Source: Mytilus edulis (taxonomy: Eukaryota). From it: a stretch of DNA of 64,000 nucleotides. Each line of letters starts with the position of its first letter. Within the stretch, counting starts at the first letter, position 1. The notes under the pieces were generated by a model. It worked only from the letters and a program-made list of their open reading frames with translations, was not told the origin of the DNA and did no database searches. Shown in pieces: positions 1 to 12,100 of this stretch. Location: assembly GCF_963676685.1 (NCBI RefSeq), contig NC_092344.1, positions 90,458,001 through 90,522,000 of the forward strand, written 5' to 3'. The translations under genes were made by a program, and so were the position numbers.

Positions 1-260
1 GACCGAAATTGGGACAAACTTTTAATTCAAGGTCCATATGTTAACTTTCACCAAAAAAAAAAGGTTATTAATTCAAACATCATACTAAAGACACACTGCA
101 ATCTTAATGAACTTCGGATTATTTTACTTAACCATTTTAAGACTGAACCTATTGTTTAGAGAGTTTGTGTTTTCTGAGTGGTCCGTAGATGGCAAGGTAA
201 AATTGCTGACCCTATCGAACACCCTTGTCAACAGTCAATCATTAATATCATAATAGTTAC

Positions 261-3200
261 CTCTTCGTCATAGTCAAAATTGGCAATAATCCTTGGTTTC
301 TTAAGTGTTATGTCCGGAACATTATTTTTTTCAGACAGACCACATTTCTGTAAGTCATCCTTTAAATTTTGCTCTACTCTGCTGTCTGTTACCTCCTTGT
401 CAGTTAGTTCTGTATGATCATCATTTAACTCAGTATTGTCTACTTCTGTCTTCTCGGAAACCTTCTTTTCATTCAAATTACTTTCCTGATGTGTTATATC
501 ATCTTCCTCAGAAACAAAACTTTCATTGAAACCTTCCTCTTTTTCATCGACAAATACGTCATCTTCTGTGTTGTTTCCTTGTTTATCCAGATTAGATCCG
601 CAATCAAGTTGGTTGTCATTGTCGTTTAGTTGAATTTCATCTTCGCTTTCTGATGTTGTTCTTATTCTATGGTCTTCTTCAGAATTATATCCTGTATCAC
701 AACTACTGTGTCTTTCTTCATCATGCTTAATCTCTGCAAGTTTCATTTCTTCTTGAAGACTGGTTTCGGTATAACTTAGTTCAGGCACATCAATGGTTTC
801 CTCATCGTTGTCATCGTATACCTATAAAGGAGAGTTTATATAACGTACTTAGAATATATCAAAGCTCAGAGTTTCAGCTTATGATGAGAAGCATTGTTTT
901 AATTGAGAAATGACGATTACAGAAACAATGTCGCCCATTTCTTACACAAATCATACAAAACATTTTTCCTATCCTTTCATGCCATGCAAAAATCGAGATA
1001 CAGGTGAAAAAATTAGCTACATTTTTCGCCGAAAATGTTCATAATAAAAAGGTAAAATCAAATAACAGCACATTTTCAAGAAAAGAAAACATTCGATGAG
1101 ATCGGAACAAAATTTTGTGATTTTGTTTCTAAAGAAAATTCAATTGCTTTGCATTACATTAATGTTTTTCGTTTTGAGTACCGTGACTCTTTGTTTACTA
1201 GAAATAAGGAGATGTGGTGTGAGTGTCAATGTGGCAACATCCATCCAAGTCACAATGTGTAAAAAGTAAACAGTTATAGGTCCAAGTACGGCCTTCAACA
1301 CGGAGCCTTGGCTCACACCAAACAGCAAGCTATAAAGAAACTTTAATGGCTAAATTTCTATAGATGAACCGACAAAAAGATCAAAAGTCTTACACTTTCT
1401 TCATCATCTTCCTTATTATTAGCATCAGCTTGGTTAACACTGATAGCATCTACTGACACCTCATCTTCATCGCAGTTTATACTGATGGTACCAGTTTTAG
1501 TTCCGTAGAACAACTCGTCGACCATACTTGGAGACAAGGAGATATCATCGTCAGCAACCAGAGCAGCGTACTTGCCTTTATTTCCTGAAATTGATAGAAA
1601 TTGAACCATGGATACAATAACTTTTTCCCTCGAAATATTGAATTTTGGTGACACTTAAAGTAATTTCGATCGGTTACTGTCATTCAGGACCTAGAAATCA
1701 TTTTTTTTATTAAGCTTAATATATTATATATTTCTAGAGTGTCAAAGATATGTTCTGTAAATGAAGTTAACTGTATACTGTATATGTAAGGGCTAGTTTG
1801 TTACGTGATTTATTACCGATTAAGTGTAAAATCTATTTTGATACATACATTTTTTATTTTTTTTACTCAAGTTATGGGACTTAAAAAGATTATATCATAA
1901 AAATGAACATGTAGCTTGAACTTGTAGTAAATTCAATCGACACAATCGATAATATCGATTAATTCACTGATGTTGTATTCAAATGATCTAGAGATTGACT
2001 GATCGTTTATGGTCACCCGATACGTGTGTGTTTGCTTTTAGATTTGTCTGTATTTCCTCTATAAAGATAGTCAGTTAAAAATAATTAACAGTGTAATATG
2101 TATATATATGAAACTATGAATGTTGGAATATTAGTTTTACCATTGTATGTTTTGGCTTTTAGTACTGGTGTTCCTTTTCCTTCATACTTCTTCGATTTCT
2201 TTTTGTCTTTTGCTGTAATAGTGAGTTTCACGTATAAAAGAGAGTTTAAGATGATATCTACACACTGTTACAGGGTTGAAGGTGGATTTAAGACAAATTA
2301 AGCCACATCATGACGGTTTTGTCAATTAAGTTTTTTATTTTGTTTTATGTTAAAACACAAAAATTATGCATAACTAACAAAATAATAGAATCCTCTCAAA
2401 TAGAAATTATTCATTTGATTTATTTTTTCACTTGAGCATGTTAAAACGTGGACATCCTATAATTAGGAGTAATGAGTAATTTTATTTATCCCACAAGGAA
2501 CTCCATAACTTCAAAAAGAAATATGCGACATTATGAATGCTTTAACAACATAAAAAGAGACTAAAACTATAGACACAGAAACAAATATTTCTCGACCGTA
2601 TAAAAATTTGAACTAACTTGAAGAAGCTCTATAATCTGAGAAGGTACACAGGCCAATAACTCAATTTCAACAGGTTAAACAATTATTAAAAGGCTGCGAG
2701 GGATTTTTTCATTATATTTCCGTTAATTTTAATTTATGTAAAAAGGAGGCTTATCCAGTACCTCATGAAGCTTAGGTCATTGTCAACACCAAGATGCCAA
2801 AAAAAGAAGAAATATGCATGCATCATAATTTTACAAGCAATAGTAAGGTTCCTCAAAAAGTAATGAGTTTTGAATGTGTTTGGCCTTACTATTGGTACTT
2901 TTGATTTTTTTTTGTATATATTAGACTGAAACTTAATTGCATCATGTTCATTTTCTGTATCTTTTCTATTCCATTATTATTGTTTATACTATGTATACAT
3001 TATTCACACAAGTACTACTGATCAGTCGAAGGCGTTATACGTATCACAATCCACAAATAAATGCCAAATAATTCATTCTGGCAGTTCATCAAAGAGGGTG
3101 CGTATTTCTGCATATTTTCACAGAAGATCGACTCATTGTTACACAAACACACATGTATTCTCTCATAGTAAGAACAGCTTAATCCAATTGATTATTAATC

Positions 3201-4316
3201 ATTCATCGAGAGATGGAAACTGCCAAAAACCTAGATATTGTGATTTTTTTTAAAGCATAAATATTATATAAGTAAGAGTTATCTAAAATGCTGTTGCCAA
3301 TAATAAATCTGCAAAATGAGATCGAGCTTTGCACTGGTAATAAAGTTCAAGCTGTAGTTTGTAAAGATGAAACATTTTATAAATAATTGCAATTCTAAAA
3401 TTCCGTTCTATGAGTTTATACTATGTTGAATTGGTGCCAGCAATCTATGAACATAGTTGACTAAACAATGTATAAAGCAACCATCATATTAAAAGTTAAA
3501 GATTCTGCATAGATCAAATAAAAAAAAGGAGTAACTCTTGCAAATAGAATAAACATTGCTAGAGTATGAATTCAGGAAATCTTCATTATAATTATTCAGT
3601 ATAAGGCACTTTCATTTCATAGATATAGGAAGATGTGGTGTGAGTGCCAATGAGACAACTCTCCATACAAATAACAATTTAAAAAGTAAACCATTATAGG
3701 TTAAAGTACGGCCTTCAACACGGAGCCTTAGCTCACACCGAACAACAAGCTATAAAGGGCCCCAAAATTACTAGTGTAAAACCATTCAAACGGGAAAACC
3801 AACGGTCTAATCTATATAAACAAAACGAGAAACGAGAAACACGTATATATTACATAAACAAACGACAACTACTGTACATACATTTGGCTTTTCGAACTTT
3901 TGGCCACGAGCGCAAAAGGTGAAGGAACGTTATATTCAAGAAGCACGTGCTGTTTGGAGAGAAATCAATTTGGCCTTTTGTTTTTCAATGAGCACATGAA
4001 AACAAGCTATGACTATAAGCAAAAAACATAATATGTCAACGAACTGTAAATTGTGGCATTTTTTTCTCTCTATAATTTAATAATTTATTTTGATAAGGGA
4101 TATACACATTAGTCATGTTTGTCCTTAACTCACCATGTTTTCGTCTTTTCCGGTTCTGCCTTCTGCCACCAACAAAAAGAACATCAGTTTTTTCAAGTTG
4201 GAATGCTTTGTTTAAAGCATTTTGTATTTTGACTCGGAGTGGGCTGTGCATACTACAATCTCTAATAGGGTGTGAGGACAAGTTATTGGGATAGCTGCAT
4301 GGTGTTGCGCTATACC
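261..4316 (-). CDS. Uncharacterised multi-exon gene (5' part): Lys/Arg-rich N-terminus followed by a long Asp/Glu-rich low-complexity region; continues past the left edge
   Basis: GT-AG exons with compatible phases: 4316-4134 (183 nt, candidate ATG 4251), 2212-2141 (72), 1584-1394 (191), 821-261 (561). They join as MHSPLRVKIQ...RRQNRKRRKHAKDKKKSKKYEGKG...GNKGKYAALVADDD...EES-VYDDNDEETIDVPEL...FDYDEE. A probable 5'UTR exon ends at donor CAG|GTAAGT at 4688. Confidence 0.75.
3623..3880 (+). repeat. Interspersed repeat family A (AGATGTGGT...GTACGGCCTTCAACA...GCTATAAA)
   Basis: Alignable copies at ~1203-1337, 51003-51305, 54998-55137, and inverted at ~49265-49440 and ~63512-63757. Confidence 0.8.
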
Positions 4317-5609
4317 CTAAAATAGAAGATGTACCGTGTCAAGATGGACATAACTAAAAAAAAGTATGAGGACGAAATATTGGGGGTAGCTATAACCTTA
4401 ATGGTTTATTATCATTCTATAGAAAATACTGGGTTTTTCATTGATGATAATTCAATTTCTTCTGAAAAAATATTATCATAAAACTCATAAAATTGTCATA
4501 TTGGAACGTTTAACTACTTTTAACAAACAGTACTGACGGTGTTGTCACTTCTTCAAAATTTATTTTCCTACTAATATCATTTTCTATCTTTCTTTTTGCT
4601 TTCCTCTTTAATTTATCAAATATATTAAAAATCTTTCATTTAAAAACTTTTATAGTTTTACAGTATATGTCTATATAATCAACTTACCTGCTGTACAAGT
4701 GTAAAATTCCTTTAAAATTATTTTCTAAAAAGCAAAGGAACTAGTCCCCCGATAGCTGTTGGAAAACTGCACGTGGTTAACATATGAATCAGTATATGTA
4801 GTACGTATGTGTATATAGTTAATTAAGATCTGCAGCAATGTGCACACATACAACAGATGTCTGAATGACCGAACTTCATGAGGCATTCAGATGGTGTAAT
4901 TAACAGCGCATTATAACATTAAGCAACTGATTGTCTGGACAGTTCTTATGTGTTATTATGTTATTTTCATAATATTACAGTTGAGAAAAGTAAGGGATTA
5001 ATAGAGGAATTATGTATCATAATATTTATTTCATTTGACAGACGAAATCCGGATATTGACAAAAACGTCAAGGTAAAAATGTAAAACTTCGATTTTTCTA
5101 AAACTGAACATTTTAAATTGTCATGATTTCTTTTAACTGCCTTGGTTGCTACACTAAAAATATTGTAATCCCGACGATAAAAAAAAAACCCATTCATTTG
5201 AATAATCCATAATATTTGGAATCATTTTACAGTTTTTTTCCTAGAATTAAAAAAAAACAAACTCTAATGATTGTTTAATTCTGTTAAATTTTGATTTGAA
5301 AACAAAAAGTATTGAAACAACCATCCTCAAATCAGTTAGGATAACCGTCCCTGCGAGACCACCCTCATCGGTAGTCAAGGTCATTCAACACCCCTAGTGG
5401 TAGCATTTGCCCTTGAACAATTGCAGTTTACAGTAAAAGCTACTTACCTAAGGCTGGGTAACAGTACTTTTGAACAAGGCCATAAAATTTAGTTTTATAT
5501 CTATCACGAAATAATCCAGACAGACGAAGTTCATTCATATTTCTGCATCAAATTTCGCGATATATATCAAGCTATGCGCAAGTTTTTGAAGACACGTTTA
5601 TACTACTCA

Positions 5610-6929
5610 TACGGGGCGCCGAATGGGACTCTTGTGGTTTTGTACTCAAAATTCAATTTTGTACGGACAAAAGTGACTTTTGTTCAACAAAAATAAGTTC
5701 AGTTTAACAAAATTTGTATCATACTACAAATTTAAAATTTTGTCATACAAAATTATCTATCAGCGGACAAAAGTCACTTTTGTCATGACAAAATTCATTT
5801 TTGTTACACAGACTTGAATTTTGTTACCTAATTTGAAAATTGGGCGACAAAAGTCAATTTTGTATTCAAATTAGTTTAGTTTGGTTTCTGTGAACTAATT
5901 TGCATACAAAATCGACTTTTGTTACACAAAATTGACAAAAATGAATTTTGTCTCAACAAAATTGACAAAATTGACTTTTGTCTCAACAAAATTGACTTTT
6001 GTCTCAACAAATCTGAACAAAATTGACAAAATTGACTTTTGTCTCAACAAAATTGACAAAATTGACTTTTGTCTCAACAAAATTGACAAAATTGACTTTT
6101 GTGAGACAAAATTGACTTTTGTGAGACAAAATTGACTTTTGTCTCAACAAAATTGACAAAATTGACTTTTGTCTCAACAAAATTGACAAATTGAATTTTG
6201 TCTCAACAAAATTGAATTTTGTCTCACGAAAGTCAATTTTGTCTCACGAAAGTCAATTTTGTCGTCACAAAAATGAATTTTGTCGTCACAAAATTGACTT
6301 TTGTCTCAACAAAATTGACAAAATTGACTTTTGTCTCAACAAAATTAACAAAATTGACTTTTGTCTCAACAAAATAAACAAAATTGACTTTTGTCTCAAC
6401 AAAATTAACAAAATTGACTTTTGTCTCAACAAAATTGATTTTTGTCTCAACAAAATTGATTTTTGTCTCAACAAAATTGACAGAATTGACTTTTGTCTCA
6501 ACAAAATTAACAAAATTGACAAAATTGAATTTTGTCTCACAAAATTGAATTTTGTCTCACAAAAATCAATTTTGTCTCACAAAAGTCAATTTTGTCTCAC
6601 AAAATTGAATCTTACCTCACACAATTGACTTTTGTGATTTAATTTCCATATCAGGTAACAAAAGTCAATTTTGTATGCAAATATGTTTATATTTGCATAC
6701 CTTTTAGACAAAATTGACTTTTGTCATGACAAATATGAATTTTGTCTACAAAAATGAATTTTGTCATGACAAAAATTAATTTTGTCTACACAAATGAATT
6801 TTGTCATCACAAAAAGGAAGTTCTCACAAAACAAGTCTGTAGCACATAGTTTTGTAAGACAAAAATGATTTTGTTATGACAGAATTGAATTTTGTACAAA
6901 ACCACAAGAGTCCCATTCGGCGCCCCGTA
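5610..6929. mobile_element. Non-autonomous foldback/TIR element filled with quasi-palindromic ~20-bp tandem units
   Basis: Perfect ~36-bp TIR TACGGGGCGCCGAATGGGACTCTTGTGGTTTTGTAC; 5-bp TSD ACTCA at 5605-5609 and 6930-6934; interior of ACAAAA-N5-TTTTGT units. Confidence 0.88.
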
Positions 6930-9118
6930 ACTCATGCCGTCATTAATTATGTGTACATTTCTAACATTTATATTTATTATAAGTACATGTATACAAATAT
7001 CAAACATACAATTTATCATTCACTAGAGCACTCACAGCAATTAGTGATTTAGCCAATATGAATATAAAGAGATGCGGCGTATTATGTCTTACTCTATGAG
7101 ACAGCAACCCAAAGGAATGATAACAGACATAAGTCATGCTAAGATTTATATATGAAGTGTCGTCAACGATATTTTTATGGCCTAGGGAATTGTAAATAGA
7201 TTTAGCAGAGCATGTCAAAGATCAGCATCAAATTAATAGAATGTTACAACATTTACATATAACTAACTATTCATGTTCAAGGCCAGATCAAAATAAACAA
7301 TTTATCCAGATATTAAATGGATAAGAAGCAAATGTGGTCAACCTGGATTGAGGATTGCTGATGGAAGAAAAACGTCGGAAAGAGGCCGAAATATGTTTTT
7401 CAACTTTGCACACAAGAACTCACAAAAAGGTGTTGCCTGGATTCTTAAACTTGCAGAGAACGTTTCACACTTTTAATATTTGTATCCTAATTTATATATT
7501 TATCAAATGATGTCCACTAAGATGATTGCAATAAAGTGTCTTTTGTCTGTCGAAATCCCCATTGTCACAGAAAATGTCTAATATGAAATTAACTAGATAA
7601 GAACAAACATACTTTAGATAACCTTTAGCTTTGGATTGTTAGTTTTGCTCATTTTTTGTTGAATGTTTTGCGGTCTTCTGTGTGTCTTTTTTTTTTTTTT
7701 TTGACTTATGGTTTAGATACTAGATACATCAGATACTGTTTAGGATCAATTTGTCAAATAAGACAGTAAGAAAGTGATAAAAGTAAATAAAAACTAGCAT
7801 TTAAAATATATTAAAACCTTATGCAAGGTGGACGTGTTGGGCGGAACTGTAAATTGATTTTGTATCAATTGTACATTTATTTATTGAAATAATTATATTC
7901 CCTAATGCGTTATCATCCAAGAGAACTTTATTAAATATAATGTATGTAGCAACAAAAGACATCCACAGAATTACTGGCGGTTCCTGGCTTTTGACTGGCA
8001 CCAAACCCTCCTTATAACCGTGTAAAGCGGTGTAAAAGTACGACATAAGAACAAAATATTAAAATCAGTTGAAAGGGTTTATGTGATCAATTATGAGCAC
8101 AGAAAAATCCTGAGTACTTTTATATATAAACACCGAATTTAAATAACATCTTCATGTGTCCGATGGGAGTGATTTTGGTAGTGATAGCTCTCACAATTTC
8201 TCATTATGGCTAATATATTTAATATTTTCCTCCTTAAAACGTAAAGATATGATCTCAGATTTCCCAACTTCTTGTTTTGTTGATATTCTTCATTTCAATT
8301 TTGTATTAGTCCAAGACAGTTAATGCTTTTGGTCATCTTTCGAGTCTTGGAAGCTATGTTACGATAAGTTGTTATTTTGTTTGGTCTGGGTTTTTTTCGA
8401 GGGAGGTAATGAGTTGCTCTTGGTAGCTCTTGGTTGCTCTTGGTAGCTCTTGGTTGCTCTTTTTTTTCTTCAAGTATCTGTTATTTGGTCAATTAGATGT
8501 GTTTCTATTATCGCTAGGGTTTTTAAGTGACGATGGTGTTTCTTGTACTGTTGTTGCTGACATGCACAGATAAATGAATAAGTTAATAACGAGAGAAAGA
8601 AATATTGTTCTTTATTAACAGAAGTACAGCTTTGTCATTTTTATGCTAAATAAAAAGAGCCGTTTATAATAGCAGTTTACAGTATAGCAAATACTATGAC
8701 CAGACATGCACACACACGCACACACACACAACCCACACACATACATATGAATTAATCAACTTTTAAACGAAGTTTTCGTCATATAACATTTCGTTAAACA
8801 TAAATCATTAGGTTGTTGTATACCTTGATCTTTTTGTCAGAAAATATAAACTGCTTAATATTCCAAGACAACATACATGGGGAATACAAATGAATTTTGT
8901 AGTCACCACAAGAAAATAAAATCCATTGATTTTAGTTTTATACTATCATCAAACTGACAGTAAATTTATAAATATTAAATTCCAGTATACTTCGTGTTCT
9001 TTTAAAAGAAAACGGCTAAATTTCAGTAAACTTTGTGTTCTTTTAAAATAAAACGGCTTCTACCGAGGAAGTAGTAGACGGCACTAATATACCCAGCCCT
9101 CTCTTGACAGGTTTCAGC

Positions 9119-12100
9119 CTATACCACAGGCGGCAACAAAACAGTATCAATTACATGGATCACTCCATTGACAACTGAAATATCCGCTGTTGTTATTTTG
9201 CAGTCATTTACCATCAACTTATCTGACAAATAAAAAAACAAATTTTATCATTAATTTTTTTTGAAAACAACTGGATATATGTGTAGCCGTAACGGTTAAT
9301 TGTAAGCTTTCTATCTTATTTTTCTTGTTTGTATTTGTCTTGTGCCTTTCATACACATTTGTTGTTACAGCATCTAATTGAAATTTTGAATGTGTATGAT
9401 TCACCGAACTAAAGAGACTACACAATCTATAAGGGTTCTGACATTTCGTAACAACCAATACTTTTTCTGCAGGAAAGTATTGTTGAAATATATTTTTGGA
9501 TTATCACATCATCGTATCTACAGTCTACTGCAATGTTTATGAGGTTTTTGTATGAAGTTACTCTCAAATACAGTTACAAATGTTCAGAACGACACGATTT
9601 ATGTCATAAGATTAAGTAGCTTGCCTTTAGTAGCCGAAACATTCTTTGATTATCAATATTTGCTTGTAACTGCCTGTAATTTTGTTGGCTAAGTGAATCA
9701 GTTTCAAAGTGGTTTTTTTCCTTTCTAGGTTCTTTAATGTGCACTTTGGTATTTCAATTATCGGGTTTAGAAGGGACGGGTTGAAATTAAAAAAGTTCAC
9801 GTAACCCCGCCAGATGTTCATGTGCCTGTTCCAGTTCAAGAACCTCTTCACGTGCTGCTTTTGTGTAGATGCAGATCTTTGATTGTCCCTTAATTCATAC
9901 ACATTACTAAACTCAACAAAGGAGATTACATACAAAAAAGACAGTCTTAGTGTCTATTGTCGAAAATCATATGGCGGCTTTATATTCTTTTTAGCTATTA
10001 ATGTTTGGTAGCTCCCATTCAATCGGCGTTACCCAACATATTCTTTATTCGGATCAATCAAATAAGAACCACGACACCAAAAATCGGTGTAGCAAAAATA
10101 AAAGAAAGAAATAATTGATGCAAGCTATACTTTATTGTAGTTTTAACATGGGTAGGCATTATATTCGTGATTATTTTTGCCTGAGCGATAGTGAGGGTTA
10201 AGATAACACAAATATAATGCCTACCCATGTTAAAACTACAATAAAGTATAACTTGCATCAATTATTTCGATTCTGATTAGGACAATCAAGGTGATTGCTA
10301 TGTCCGATGTGTATAAGGGTAAAGCGACTGTGTAGGCTCTTCCACGAACCTCCCTTTTTTGTTTGAAACGGCTGGCACTGTGATTTTTCAGAGTGAGGAG
10401 TTTTTGAACAGCCAACATGAACGGTTGTCGTATCTAGGTCAAATATGTCAATTTCGGAATGCAACACATTACAGTCATAATAATGAATTAGTAACAACAT
10501 GTGCATCATTTAAGAGTTTGGAGGTGTTTTAAGTTAATGAAATATGTATTAAATGCATGCCAATTTGATAAAATTCATTATTTTGCAGTAGTCAATATAC
10601 GCATGTGCAACAAAAATATTGGATTTAGAGCACGGGTTTATAAATAAAGCGAAAGAAGCACGTCATATTAGAATACGAAATAAATAATCCTTAAAATTTT
10701 ACAAATTCCATAATTTTGTCGAAATCTATATCAATTTACTATTTCGTGTGTGTAACTGTTTGTAGTAATATTATGGCGTCACAATAGTGATATCTTTACT
10801 TTTTAAAATGAATTACCTGGATTCATTGTGATATTTAAAGATCTGCCTTCTACTGTTTGTAGTACCATTCCATTCGTCAAACCAGCAGTGTATATAGTTC
10901 CTTTCACTAAGTGATAATTTAAAGCATCTACAAAATTAAAGATGTGTTTTTCACCATATCAGATTAACAGCCCATGTTCATTTGGCTTTTGTCAAGTGCG
11001 CAAAGATATTTTGTGAGAGGATATTTTTTTTTCTTCAACCAGATATTTACGTTATCATAGCTTGACAACTTCAATGCAATCGTTTGCTCAATTTTCTACA
11101 GAAAATATCTAAGATAATGTCATAATTTGAAATAACACGAACGGTCTTCAATATATCACATTGGGAAAAAAAACAGTTTAACTAAAAGAAAGTATCAACA
11201 TAATCTGTCATTTAATTCTAAACCAACTTAAAAAATAAGGCAGAAAACAACAGAAACTAGTGAAAACTCGATGCAAAGAAGTGGGTCACTTCTCTCTGGT
11301 TAGTTAACACGAAAGCCTTTTCGAAGAGTAAAAATAGCAATACGATAACTTCATGTTTTGACAATATATTGGGAATACGTACGTGTATTTAAAATAGACT
11401 CTCAGTAAAGTTCGGTTTGAACGAAGGAGTTAAATCCCATGTCTCATGCAGGGATAATGACAAGCTCTCTTCGAGAAAACATTTGTATATCGATTTTTTA
11501 ACAAATTAATTGAAAAGTTGTTCTTTACTAGTTTGAAGAAACAAGAATGATTTAAGTGCCTTATATGGTCGGTAATACTTTTCCTTTAAATTTTTGGTTC
11601 GCGTATGTTTCTATTCAGTCAGTTCGAGTGCATCATGTATTCATAACCAAAAGTATGTAAAATATGCAAGTGATCATAAATAAATTTACCTGTAAGTTTT
11701 TTGTCATCACTAACTAATTTAATCAAAAGGTATGGAGGGAATTGGTCAAAAGCTGTATCTGTTGGCGCAAATAACGTAAAAGGTCCATCTGCAAATAGAA
11801 AAAAAAAGTTATTTAAAATATATATCATCGACATTTACAGTGACAAAACTTTCCGCTTGCAATTTCATGTCCAGAAAAGGTTTCCATTGCATTGTAATAT
11901 TATGTAATAAAAAAAAACATGACTTGAAAAATACGTGTGCTGAGTAACTTCATAAGCTCAAGCACATGCCGTAAATCCATAATCCATAACATTAACTAAA
12001 CGTTATAATTCAAACTGATACATGCCAACCTAAATGTGAAATTGAATTTGAGCACTAAGTATTATATTCCTCATAATATGACAATGTCCGAAAAAATATT

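Noticed and set aside
5932-6628. Repetitive ORFs (KIDFCLN..., LRQKSIL...) and a superficial CRISPR-like look
   Set aside because: Translations of the tandem array inside the foldback element; no unique spacers, no cas genes, eukaryotic context.
8300-8557. Exon-like minus-strand stretch with a short tandem repeat (RATRATHYLPRKKPRP...) as a C-terminal extension of FAS1 copy 1
   Set aside because: Stops in all frames from the candidate acceptor; it lies beyond an AATAAA at 8616-8611 and would need stop read-through plus a weak donor.
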